Below are positions 24,570 to 35,071 of a DNA stretch of 64,000 nt, in pieces. This DNA is from an uncultured delta proteobacterium (lineage in GTDB: Bacteria; Desulfobacterota; RBG-13-43-22). Each line of letters begins with the position of its first letter. Position 1 is the stretch's first letter. The notes beneath the pieces were generated by a model that saw only the letters and a list, made by a program, of their open reading frames with translations, was not told where the DNA came from and did no database searches. Made by a program: the position numbers and the translations under genes. The stretch covers positions 1 through 64,000 of the forward strand of contig CAVUPH010000008.1 of NCBI GenBank assembly GCA_963743305.1, read 5' to 3'.

Positions 24570-27369
24570 GGGAACGGCCAATTTCCTCCAGGGCCTGGAA
24601 ACACCGCCGACAGAGGGTAGGATGGTCTGGGAAACTCCCCACTTCCGAACTGAAATTCCAGCAGCGCTCGCATTTTTCTCCCTGGGCTTTAGCCACCCAG
24701 ACGGTCAACCCCGGAATGGTCTCCCCGGGGTAGCCTTCTCCGGTTTCCGGTTGGTTGACCACAGTGACCTGGGAGACGATTAACAGGCTGGGCAACATTT
24801 CCCGGTAGGCTGGAATCAGCGTCTTCCAGGACTCTGGGAGGAGCAGGCGCACCTCCGCATCCAGAGGATGGCCGATCACCTGAGCCCGGCGGGCCCTTTC
24901 CAGTGCCCGGGTTACCTCGCTCCGCAACAGTAGCAGGTTTTCCCAGCGCCGCTCCAGGGCGTCATCCAGAAGAACAGGGTCGACCTCCGGAAATTGGGCT
25001 AGATGGACGCTTTCCGCTTCCCTTTCCTGTTCCGGAAGTTGGGCCCAAATCTCCTCGGCGGTAAAGGAGAGGACGGGAGCCATTAGCCGGACCAATCCCT
25101 GGAGCAACTGCCAGAGGGCCGTTTGGGCCGAGCGTCGGGCCCGGGCTTGAGGGGCGCTGGTATACAGCCGGTCTTTAAGAATATCCAAATAGAAGGCGCT
25201 CAATTCATTGGTACAGAATTGATAAAGGGTATGATAGACCACGTGAAAATCATAGCGCTCAAAGGCCCGCCGAACCCGGGCAATGACCTTCTGAAGTTGG
25301 TGGAGCGCCCAGCGATCCAGTTCCTCCAGTTCCGGGGCAGGCAGGTGATCCCTTTGGAAATTGAAGTCGGAGAGGTTGCCCAGCAGGAAGCGGCAGGTAT
25401 TGCGAATCCGGCGATAGGCCTCGGTAAGTTGTTTAAGGATCTGGGGCGAAATGCGGATATCGTCACGGTAATCCTCGGCCGATACCCAAAGGCGCAAAAT
25501 CTCGGCGCCATATTTTTTAATCACTTCCTCGGGAAAGATAACATTTCCCAACGACTTGGACATCTTTTTGCCCTGGCCGTCTACCACGAACCCATGGGTC
25601 AGGACGCCCTGATAAGGCGCCTTCCCCCGAGTCCCGACGGAGGTCAGCAAAGAACTGTGAAACCAGCCCCGATGCTGATCGCTTCCCTCCAGGTAAAGGT
25701 CGGCGGGAGACCGCAGATAGGACCGGGCTTCCAGCACGCCGGCGTGGCTCACCCCGGAATCAAACCAGACATCCAGGATATCGGTCTCTTTCCGGAAAGC
25801 CTTCCCCCGGCAATGAGGACAAGACGTCCCTTCCGGGAGCAAGGCTTCCTCCGGGAGGGAAAACCAGACATCGGATCCCTGAAGGGAAACCAGCTCCTCC
25901 AGATGGGATAAGATTTCCTGGGTTACCAGCCACCGCCCGCACTCCAGGCAATAAAAGGCCGGGATGGGGACCCCCCAGGAGCGCTGCCGGGACAGGCACC
26001 AGTCGGGACGGGAGACCATCATTCCGTAGATTCGGTCCTTTCCCCAGGCGGGAGTCCAGATGACCCGTTCGATCTCCTCCAGGGCCTTTTGACGAAGCCC
26101 GTTTTTCTCCATGGAAATAAACCATTGCTCCGTGGCCCGAAAGATCACCGGCCGCTTGCAGCGCCAGCAATGGGGGTAACTATGCTCGATAGCCTCTTCC
26201 CCCTTCAGGGCCTCTACCGCTCGCAGTTTCTTTTTGATGGTTTCGTTGGCCTCGAAGACGAATTCTCCGGCAAAAAAGCCCACTTCCGGGGTAAATCGCC
26301 CAGCGTCATCCACCGGAGAATAAATTTCCAGATTGTAGCGCAGTCCGCTCTCGTAATCCTCCTGCCCGTGGCCCGGTGCCGTATGGACCACTCCGGTGCC
26401 GTCTTCCAGGGTGACGTAAGGGGCCAGGATAATAACCGATTCACGGTCATACAAAGGATGCCGGCACTTCTTGCCCTCCAGAAAGCAGGGATCCAATTCA
26501 GCCAGGATAGTGGGCATGGTCCAGCCGACCCGTGGCCCGACCTTCTCCAGAAGCCCCTTGGCCACAATAAATACTTCTTTCCCCTCCTCAACCGCCACGT
26601 AACTGTAATCCGGATGGAAGGCCAGGGCCAGGTTGGCCGGAATGGTCCAGGGAGTGGTGGTCCAGATTAAAACCGAAACATTTTTGTCCTTTAATGCTAG
26701 GTACTGAAGGCTTAAATCATCCACCAACGGGAACTTGACGAAAATCGAAGGAGAGATGTGCGGCTCGTATTCCACTTCGGCTTCGGCTAGGGCCGTCTTA
26801 CAGGAAGTGCACCAGTAGATGGGTTTCTTGCTCTTAACCACGTCCCCCTGGAGGGCAAATCGCCCGAATTCACGAATAATAACCGCCTCATAGGAGAAAT
26901 TCATGGTTAGATAGGGATTCTCCCATTCCCCTAAAACACCCAACCGTTTAAACTCCTGTTTTTGGATCTCGATAAAATTTTCGGCGTAGGCCCGACACCT
27001 TTGCCGCACCTCCAGTTGGGAGAGGGTTTGTCTTTGGACGCCCAATTCTTTATCCACTTGGTGTTCGATGGGCAGACCGTGACAGTCCCAGCCGGGGACA
27101 TAAGGAGCATCGAAACCGGACATTTGCTTGGACTTGATAATTATATCCTTTAGTATCTTGTTGAAGGCCGTCCCCATATGGATATGGCCGTTGGCATAGG
27201 GGGGACCGTCGTGCAAAATGAATTTTGGACGCCCCGCCGAGTTCTCTCGAATCCGCTCATATAACCGGTTCTGCTCCCAGTGGCGCAACCATTCCGGTTC
27301 CCTCTGGGCCAAGTTGGCCTTCATGGGAAAATCCGTTTGGGGCAGATTCAAAGTGGGTTTATATTCCAT
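24559..27369 (-). CDS. ileS: Isoleucine--tRNA ligase
   Basis: [30 protein letters not shown]-terminal CERCW Zn finger; ATG at 27369 with GGAGG RBS. Confidence 0.98.
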   Translation of the reverse strand: MEYKPTLNLPQTDFPMKANLAQREPEWLRHWEQNRLYERIRENSAGRPKFILHDGPPYANGHIHMGTAFNKILKDIIIKSKQMSGFDAPYVPGWDCHGLPIEHQVDKELGVQRQTLSQLEVRQRCRAYAENFIEIQKQEFKRLGVLGEWENPYLTMNFSYEAVIIREFGRFALQGDVVKSKKPIYWCTSCKTALAEAEVEYEPHISPSIFVKFPLVDDLSLQYLALKDKNVSVLIWTTTPWTIPANLALAFHPDYSYVAVEEGKEVFIVAKGLLEKVGPRVGWTMPTILAELDPCFLEGKKCRHPLYDRESVIILAPYVTLEDGTGVVHTAPGHGQEDYESGLRYNLEIYSPVDDAGRFTPEVGFFAGEFVFEANETIKKKLRAVEALKGEEAIEHSYPHCWRCKRPVIFRATEQWFISMEKNGLRQKALEEIERVIWTPAWGKDRIYGMMVSRPDWCLSRQRSWGVPIPAFYCLECGRWLVTQEILSHLEELVSLQGSDVWFSLPEEALLPEGTSCPHCRGKAFRKETDILDVWFDSGVSHAGVLEARSYLRSPADLYLEGSDQHRGWFHSSLLTSVGTRGKAPYQGVLTHGFVVDGQGKKMSKSLGNVIFPEEVIKKYGAEILRLWVSAEDYRDDIRISPQILKQLTEAYRRIRNTCRFLLGNLSDFNFQRDHLPAPELEELDRWALHQLQKVIARVRRAFERYDFHVVYHTLYQFCTNELSAFYLDILKDRLYTSAPQARARRSAQTALWQLLQGLVRLMAPVLSFTAEEIWAQLPEQEREAESVHLAQFPEVDPVLLDDALERRWENLLLLRSEVTRALERARRAQVIGHPLDAEVRLLLPESWKTLIPAYREMLPSLLIVSQVTVVNQPETGEGYPGETIPGLTVWVAKAQGEKCERCWNFSSEVGSFPDHPTLCRRCFQALEEIGRSHDR

Positions 27370-27495
27370 ACATCCTCCAAATAATGAAACGTCCGGTGCG
27401 GCCACCGGATCTGCAGTTAGGTTGCCGTTCCTTCCCAAACTTACTTAAAATAGTTGAACTGTCAAGAATAAACCGGGGGGAGTTTGAAGGGGAGG

Positions 27496-28284
27496 TTACT
27501 TCCAGGGCCAGTGCGTGGCCAGGAACGCCAAACTTTCGCGGACCCAGTCCTCCTGGTGGGGTTCAATGGTGATAAAAGGCTGTAATCCTCTGATCTTAAG
27601 CTGATTGAAAAGGCCGAGGAAATCGATGCACCCCCGCCCCAGGGCCAGATGGTCGTCCCATTGCCCCTGGTTGTCATGAAGATGGAGCATACCCAGGTGA
27701 GGTCCCAAGACATCGAGCCAGTCCTCCAGATCGGTTCGGCTAAAGAGGCGATGATGGCCCGCGTCAAGGCAAAAACGCAATTCGGCGGAGGAGATGGCCT
27801 CAAATAAATCCTTCAAACGACCGGGTTCTCTTTCAAACACGTTTTCCACCATCAGGGGGACCCCGGTCCCCTCCAAGAGGGACAAAAGCCGTTTCAAAGA
27901 TTCGGTATTGTTTTTCAGCCAATCCTCTTGACGGTCCTGGTAATGCCGAGCCTCGTAGCCCGCGTGGCAGACCACCCACCGGGGTTGGAAAATCGGGATC
28001 AGGCGGATTACCTGTTCCATCCGCTCCAAAGAAACCCGACGGATTTTTGGATCGATGGCCCCCAAGGACAAATCCAAAAAAGGGGCATGGAGGGAACAGT
28101 TCAATTCGGCCTGGATTAACGTATCCGCTATGTTCTTCATGTCGGCTGCCGGGCAGTCGTCCAGCACCTCAGCGTCCACCCCGATCTCCACCGAAATTCG
28201 GTTTTCCAGAATCAAAGGGAGATACCGATCTCTGAGCATAAAAAAAGGGCAACTGACGTGAACTGGATTTGGTCGTTGTTCCAT
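27496..28284 (-). CDS. Sugar phosphate isomerase/epimerase (AP endonuclease 2 TIM barrel)
   Basis: SLHAPFLDL, VENV, CLDAGH, LHLHDNQGQWDDHL, TIEPH. Confidence 0.88.
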   Translation of the reverse strand: MEQRPNPVHVSCPFFMLRDRYLPLILENRISVEIGVDAEVLDDCPAADMKNIADTLIQAELNCSLHAPFLDLSLGAIDPKIRRVSLERMEQVIRLIPIFQPRWVVCHAGYEARHYQDRQEDWLKNNTESLKRLLSLLEGTGVPLMVENVFEREPGRLKDLFEAISSAELRFCLDAGHHRLFSRTDLEDWLDVLGPHLGMLHLHDNQGQWDDHLALGRGCIDFLGLFNQLKIRGLQPFITIEPHQEDWVRESLAFLATHWPWK

Positions 28285-28386
28285 GAGAAAAATATTCCTT
28301 TATGATAAATTTGATTAAACTGTTAAATAAACATCCTTCGGACTTATTATCACAGGTATGATCCCTTTAGCAAAAAAATACCGGGA

Positions 28387-28415
28387 TTGACAGGAGCCGG
28401 AGAAACCGCTATAAA
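28387..28415 (+). promoter_or_regulatory. sigma70 promoter giving a leaderless transcript
   Basis: TTGACA-17-TATAAA with ATG at 28419/28422 directly after. Confidence 0.65.
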
Positions 28416-28418
28416 AAA

Positions 28419-28784
28419 ATGATGAAGCGCACTATCACCGCTCCCCTCTTATCCGCGCTGATGCCCGGGGTTGGACAGATCATCAACCGCCAGTTTCCCA
28501 AAGCCGGCCTGTTTATTGCTGGTTTTTCCATCTTCTTTATGGCCTTGTTATTCAAGGTTATTTATGACCTTAACCAGGTGATGCTGTCCCTGAACTGGGA
28601 GTTGCTGGAAAAAGATCCCCATCGTTTTCAAACCATTACCCAGGCGTTGGGTCGGCAAAGCAAAACGGTTTTGCTGATCTTAGTGATCCTGTTAGTTGCC
28701 TTCTGGGCCTACAACGTTTGGGACGCCTTTTCCCAGGCCAGAAAATCAGAAAGGGATGGGCATGCGCCAGGTTCTACTGGATGA
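28419..28784 (+). CDS. Small membrane protein
   Basis: LLSALMPGVGQIIN motif, hydrophobic helices, WAYNVWDAF. Confidence 0.75.
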   Translation: MMKRTITAPLLSALMPGVGQIINRQFPKAGLFIAGFSIFFMALLFKVIYDLNQVMLSLNWELLEKDPHRFQTITQALGRQSKTVLLILVILLVAFWAYNVWDAFSQARKSERDGHAPGSTG

Positions 28785-29094
28785 AGTCCCCAAAAAAGAT
28801 ATGGAACGGGTCCGGGACTACCTGCGGACCCATACTCTGCCCTCGGGCCTGGGAGAAATCTTCTGGTTGGAACTACCTTCCGACCTGCTTGGTCCCGTTC
28901 AATGGGAGCACCGGGCCTGCGGACCCCATTACCTGGCCATTGAGGTGGGCAAGGATTTTATCAAATTTGAGTTCCTGGTCCGGGCCCGCGGCAAGTTCCG
29001 CTGCGATTGCGTTCAATACGCCAATCCCGCCCAGGAAAATTTTCTAATCCAGTTTGCCCATACACTGATCGAACAACTTGATTTAAAAACCTGA
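28762..29094 (+). CDS. Conserved hypothetical protein
   Basis: MRQVLLDE..FWLELP..Q.EH..CGPH..FEFLVR..RCDCV.YA; overlaps the upstream gene end. Confidence 0.7.
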   Translation: MRQVLLDEVPKKDMERVRDYLRTHTLPSGLGEIFWLELPSDLLGPVQWEHRACGPHYLAIEVGKDFIKFEFLVRARGKFRCDCVQYANPAQENFLIQFAHTLIEQLDLKT

Positions 29095-29226
29095 GTGCCG
29101 CTTTAGACTTTTATCCTCCTGGTCTCCAAACATCGCTTACCTTTCCATTTTGTATTGCCGGCGGGGGGGAAAAGGGTTAGAATTTACCTATATTAACCTA
29201 ATTCCAGTTACGATGGGAGATCATTC

Positions 29227-29991
29227 ATGAAAATAGCCATCAGTGGAAAGGGGGGCGTGGGTAAGACCACCCTGGCCTCCTTGATTATCAAGAATTTCAG
29301 TGACCGGGGGAACAAGGTCCTGGCCATTGATGCCGACCCGGACGCCAACCTGGCCGGTGCGCTGGGAATCGAACACCCGGAATTGATCGTCCCCATCTCC
29401 GAGATGAAGGAGCTGATCGAGGAGCGGACCGAATCCAAGACCGGTACCATGGGGAGCTTTTTTAAATTAAACCCCCACGTGAGCGACCTGCCGGAGAAGC
29501 TCTCGGTTCAGAAAGGCAATATCCGGGTCATGGTCATGGGTGGGGTCAAGCGGGGCGGCGGCGGCTGCATCTGCCCGGAGAGCGTGATGCTCAAGACCCT
29601 GATCACCCACCTGATCCTGGCCCGGGACGAAGTGGTGGTCCTGGATATGGAGGCCGGGATCGAACATTTGGGCCGGGGAACCGCCTCGTCGGTCAATAAG
29701 TTGATTGTGGTAGTGGAGCCCGGCAAGCGAAGCATTGAGACGGCCCATCAAATCAAGAAGCTGGCCCAGGACTTGGGCCTGAAAAATATAGTTTTAGTCG
29801 GCAACAAAGTCCGCAACGAAAACGACAAGGAATTTCTACTCAAACAGCTTCCAGGGTTCACCTTCCTGGGGTTCCTGCCCTACAATAATCAAATCATCGA
29901 AGCCGATCTGGAAGGTCGGGCGCCATTTGAAAAAGACCAGGTGCTGAATCTGGAAGTGGCTAAATTTGTAGATCAATTGCTGCAAGACTAA
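29227..29991 (+). CDS. cooC: CO dehydrogenase nickel-insertion ATPase CooC
   Basis: MKIAISGKGGVGKTT, DADPDANL, GGGCICPE, DMEAGIEHLGRGT. Confidence 0.92.
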   Translation: MKIAISGKGGVGKTTLASLIIKNFSDRGNKVLAIDADPDANLAGALGIEHPELIVPISEMKELIEERTESKTGTMGSFFKLNPHVSDLPEKLSVQKGNIRVMVMGGVKRGGGGCICPESVMLKTLITHLILARDEVVVLDMEAGIEHLGRGTASSVNKLIVVVEPGKRSIETAHQIKKLAQDLGLKNIVLVGNKVRNENDKEFLLKQLPGFTFLGFLPYNNQIIEADLEGRAPFEKDQVLNLEVAKFVDQLLQD

Positions 29992-30018
29992 CTTACTTAT
30001 ACCCGACGGTTCATTGTT

Positions 30019-30055
30019 AAGTCCATCCGGACCTGATAAAGGGACGGATGGACTT
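30019..30055 (+). terminator. Hairpin after cooC (probable terminator)
   Basis: AAGTCCATCCG...CGGATGGACTT 11-bp stem followed by T-rich sequence. Confidence 0.6.
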
Positions 30056-30254
30056 GTTCATTCCGTTTCATTCTCTCTTCCCTCCACTTTTGAGCCATTC
30101 AATAAATACCCGCCCTTTAGCCTAAATCCAATTTTTGCGGCTAGGAGCATTTATTTGTAGAATTAAGAAACGATCAAAATGCGGGGATCTTCGCTGCCGA
30201 AGTTAATCACTGGAAGTTGTTATTGATTTCTTTCTGGGAGCCTGGATTATTTGT

Positions 30255-30270
30255 TGGTCTTTAACTTGCA
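30255..30270 (+). promoter_or_regulatory. Putative sigma54 (-24/-12) promoter
   Basis: TGGTCTTTAACTTGCA = GG-N10-GC with TTGC, about 35 nt upstream of the riboswitch. Confidence 0.55.
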
Positions 30271-30305
30271 ATAGAGCAGATCGGACCCTTGGGTCCTAAC
30301 AAATA

Positions 30306-30403
30306 GACCTGAAAAAGGCAAACCATCCGAAAGGGTGGGACGCAAAGCCACTGGCCTACGTGTGACGCTTTAGTCGCCACATACGGTAGCAGGGTCGCCA
30401 GGC
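30306..30403 (+). ncRNA. c-di-GMP-I (GEMM-I) riboswitch aptamer
   Basis: GGCAAACCATCCGAAAGGGTGGGACGCAAAGCC...GGTAGCAGGGTCGCC matches the GEMM-I consensus; G at the G20-equivalent position (30317) indicates c-di-GMP rather than cGAMP. Confidence 0.92.
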
Positions 30404-30462
30404 GAATGCGGTACCTCCTGTGGCTGCATTTCGCTTAGCAGCAAATTTAAGGAGGTATTGCC

Positions 30463-33400
30463 ATGAGCGCGATCCCAGTCCGTAGGGATAATCTTGACTT
30501 CTTCTCACCCCGTTTATTTTCCAAAATTATCGGTCTTTCCTTAATGTTCATGCTGTTGCTGGGCCTGATCGTCCAGGCCCAGGCCGCCCAGGTAACCTTG
30601 GCCTGGGATGCCAACAGCGAATTGGATCTCTCCGGCTATAAGCTTTATTACGGAACCTCGTCTGGAAACTATTCCAATACAATAAGCCTGGGCATAGTGA
30701 CGACCTATACGGTAACCAATTTAACCGATGGGGTCACCTATTATTTCGCGCTGACCGCTTTCGACACCGAAGGGTTCGAAAGCGCCAAATCCAACGAAGT
30801 AAGCTACACAATACCGGCTTCTCAATTCACTCTGACCATTTCCAAGAACGGAACCGGCAGCGGCACCGTGACCAACGCACCCACCGGGACCGCCTTTAAT
30901 GCCGGGACTGTAGTCAGTCTGACCGCAGCGGCCAATGCCAACTCCACTTTCACCGGCTGGACCGGGGCCTGCAGCGGAACCACCAACCCCTGCACGGTCA
31001 CCATGAACGCCAACGCCACGGTTACCGCCGCTTTCGCCCTTAAAACCTACACCATCACCGCCTCCGCCGGGAGCGGCGGTTCGATCTCCCCCTCCGGCGG
31101 GATCAACGTCAACTCCGGCGCCTCCCAGACCTTTACCATCACCCCCAATACGGGCTACCAGATCGCCGGGGTGACGGTGGACGGGATCGCCCAGGGAACC
31201 CCCGGAAGTTACTCTTTTTCCAACGTGACTGCCGCCCACACGATTCAGGCTACTTTCACGGCCAACCCCACCTATACCCTGACCATTTCCAAGAACGGAA
31301 CCGGCAGCGGCACCGTGACCAACGCACCCACCGGGACCGCCTTTAATGCCGGGACTGTAGTCAGTCTGACCGCAGCGGCCAATGCCAACTCCACTTTCAC
31401 CGGCTGGACCGGGGCCTGCAGCGGAACCACCAACCCCTGCACGGTCACCATGAACGCCAACGCCACGGTTACCGCCGCTTTCGCCCTTAAAACTTACACC
31501 ATCACCGCCTCCGCCGGGAGCGGCGGTTCGATCTCCCCCTCCGGCGGGATCAACGTCAACTCCGGCGCCTCCCAGACCTTTACCATCACCCCCAATACGG
31601 GCTACCAGATCGCCGGGGTGACGGTGGACGGGATGTCGCCCAGGGAACCCCCGGAAGTTACTCTTTTCCCAACGTGACTGCCGCCCACACGATTCAGGCT
31701 ACTTTCACGGCCAACCCCACCTATACCCTGACCATTTCCAAGAACGGAACCGGCAGCGGCACCGTGACCAACGGACACCCACCGGGACCGCCTTTAATGC
31801 CGGGACTGTAGTCAGTCTGACCGCAGCGGCCAATGCCAACTCCACTTTCATCGGCTGGACCGGGGCCTGCAGCGGAACCACCAACCCCTGCACGGTCACC
31901 ATGAACGCCAACGCCACGGTTACCGCCGCTTTCGCCCTTAAAACCTACACCATCACCGCCTGCGCCGGGAGCGGCGGTTCGATCTCCCCCTCCGGCGGGA
32001 TCAACGTCAACTCCGGCGCCTCCGAGACCTTTACCATCACCCCCAATACGGGCTACCAGATCGCCGGGGTGACGGTGGACGGGATCGCCCAGGGAACCCC
32101 GGAAGTTACTCTTTTTCCAACGTGACTGCCGCCCACACGATTCAGGCTACTTTCACGGCCAACCCCACCTATACCCTGACCATTTCCAAGAACGGAACCG
32201 GCAGCGGCACCGTGACGCAACGAGATCACCTGCGGCACCGGTGACCAGCCTTTAATGCCGGGACTGTAGTCAGTCTGACCGCAGCGGCCAATGCCAACTC
32301 CACCTTCACCGGCTGGACCGGGGCCTGCAGCGGGACCACCAACCCCTGCACGGTCACCATGAACGCCAACGCCAGCGGTGACGGCCGCCTTCGCGATTAA
32401 AACCTATGTGATCACCGCCTCGGCCGGGAGCGGCGGTTCCATCTCGCCTTCCGGCGGGATCAACGTCAACTCACGGGGCCGCTCAGACCTTTACCATCAC
32501 CCCCAATACGGGCTACCAGATCGCCAGTGTGCTGGTGGACGGGGTTTCCCAGGGAACCCCCGGCAGCTACTCTTTTTCCAACGTGACCGCCGCCCATACG
32601 ATTCAGGCTAACTTTCACGGCCGACTCCCTCTTATACCCTGTCCGTTTCCAAAGCGGAAGGGAACCGGCGAGCGGGACGGGGACCAACGCACCCACCGGG
32701 ACCGCCTTTAATGCCGGGACCGTGGTCAGCCTGACGGCCGCGGCCAATGCCAACTCCACTTTCACCGGCTGGACCGGGGCCTGCAGCGGAACCACCAACC
32801 CCTGCACGGTCACCATGAACGCCAACGCAGCGGTGACCGCCGCTTTCGCCCTTAAAACCTACACCATCACCGCCTCGGCCGGGAGCGGCGGTTCGATCTC
32901 GCCCTCCGGCGGGATCAACGTCAACTCCGGCGCCTCCCAGACCTTTACCATCACCCCCAATACGGGCTACCAGATCGCCGGGGTGACGGTGGACGGGGTC
33001 GCCCAGGGAACCCCCGGAAGTTACTCTTTTTCCAACGTGACTGCCGCCCACACGATTCAGGCCACTTTCACGGCCAATCCCACCTATACCCTGACCATTT
33101 CCAAGAACGGAACCGGCAGCGGCACGGTGACCAACGCACCCACCGGGACCGATCCTTTAATGCCGGGACCTCAGTCAGTCTGACCGCCGCGGCCGATGCC
33201 AATTCGACTTTTACCGGCTGGACCGGGGCCTGCAGCGGAACCACCAACCCCTGCACGGTCACGATTAGTGCCAACACCTCCATCCAGGCTACCTTTAATC
33301 TGGAAATAAGCAAACCGACATCCTCGATCAGCAGCCCCACCAGTGGCTCCACTTGGCGACATCCGGCGGTAGCCATAAGCGGAGGGGCTACGGATGGTAG

Positions 33401-35000
33401 CGGATCCGGAGTTCAAAAGGTCGAGGTTTCAACCGACGGCGGCGCAACTTGGAAGCCGGCCGACGGAACGATCCTCTGGAATTATTCCTGGACTGCGCCT
33501 GGGAATGGGACCTATGTGATCAAATCCAGGGCCACGGACAACGTGGGCAATGTGGAAAACCCCGGTGTCGGGGTGACGGTAACCGTGACATCCTACCAGC
33601 CCACACCCGTCAACGTAAGCGGAAAACAACTCCTGGTCAACGGCGCTCCTTTTACGGTCAAAGGGGTGGTTTATTCCCCGGTACCCATTGGCGAAGACCC
33701 TAATGCTGCTCCTTACGGGGATTACTTTACGGCACCCTATAGTGCTATTTATAATCGAGACCTGCCGGTCCTGAAAGCCATGGGGGCCAATGTCGTCCGT
33801 CTCTACAACTGGGAAAAATCGGCCGACCATTTCGACTTTCTTGACCAGGCTTACAACGACGGATCGGACCCGATTTATGTCATTGCGGGTTACTGGATCA
33901 ACGATGGTATGGACATCGATCCGGCTTCACCGGCCAATGTTCGGGACCAGATCAAAGCCGATTTTCAGGAAATGGTGGCCGCCCATAAAGACCACCCGGC
34001 AATCTTGATGTGGTCGGTGGGTCAAAATTTGAACCTCCCCCAGGCTTACGGAAATAGCCTTCCCCAGCTTTTCAGCCTGATCAACGAACTGGCGGAAGTG
34101 GCCCATCTGGAAGAAGGGACTAAGGCCCATCCGGTAACCACGGCTTTGGCCGATCAAAACCTGGCTGCCACCCTGGCCGGTTTTGAGGAGGCCGTTCCAG
34201 CCCTGGATATCTGGGGAGCCAACGTCTATCGGGGCAATTCTTTCGGGACCTTGTTCGCCGACAGTAGTCCGGCAACTACTAAGCCGGTCCTGATCCTGGA
34301 ATACGGGATCGATGCCTTTGATAACACTCGGGGCAATGAATATGAAAAGTCAGGAAAAACGACACAGGCGGATATTACCGAAGGATTGTGGAAAGAAATA
34401 GCCGCCAATAGCCAAACCTGCGTCGGGGGAACGATCATGTCCTACTCGGACGAATGGTGGAAAGGGCGTTACAGTGAGGATACCTCCTGCCCGGCGGACC
34501 CGGACCCGGCCCTGCACGGCCGCTGCGGCTTTGCCACTACCACCCAACCCGATGGCTATGCCAATGAAGAATGGTGGGGCATCGTTCGGGTCTTGGATAA
34601 TGGGACCGGCCCCGACACGGTAGAGCCTCGATCGGTCTATTCCCGGCTCCAATATTTGTGGGGTGCCAATACCTTGGCCCTGACCTCACCCAATGGAGGA
34701 GAAACCTGGCAGGCTGGCAAACCGCAGACCATCGATTGGAATTATGCCGGCAACCCGAGCACTTCCGTGAAAATTGACTTGCTGAAAAATGGATCGGTAA
34801 TTAGAAACATCGCCCGATCGGCTAAAATAGGCGCCAATGGCAGCGGTTCCTACACCTGGACCCCGCCCTTGAAGCTGAAACCCGGTTCGGATTATCAAAT
34901 TCGGATAACCAGCATCAGTAATAATGGGATCAACGACACCAGCGACGCCAATTTTAATATCAATTCCTATCACTTCGTGACAAGACTGGAAAAGAGATAG
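30463..35000 (+). CDS. Large secreted multidomain protein: FN3, tandem InlB-B-like repeats, Ig-like domain, clan GH-A TIM barrel, Ser/Thr-rich Ig domain (several frameshifts in the repeats)
   Basis: Signal peptide AQA, VTLAWDAN..GYKLYYG (FN3), repeats TLTISKNGTGSGTV..FTGWTGAC and YTITASAGSGGSISPSG, VEVSTDGG..W, KAMGANVVRLY, LEYG, LTSPNGGETW. Confidence 0.8.
30826..33300 (+). repeat. About 5.5 near-identical tandem copies of a ~447-bp (149-codon) two-domain unit
   Basis: ACCATTTCCAAGAACGGAACCGGCAGCGGC recurs at 30835, 31282, 31731, 32179 and 33094, with a degenerate copy near 32642. Confidence 0.95.
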
Positions 35001-35071
35001 TTAGCTGGCAGTGTGCCGGGCGGACCCCCGGCTCTTGAAGGCCCCCGGCAACACACTGCCGGGGGCCTTGA

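Noticed and set aside
30306-30403. cGAMP-sensing GEMM-Ib riboswitch as in Geobacter
   Set aside because: The specificity position is G (30317), not A
30826-33300. Regularly spaced repeats as a possible CRISPR array
   Set aside because: The whole ~447-bp unit repeats and is protein coding; there are no unique spacers and no cas genes
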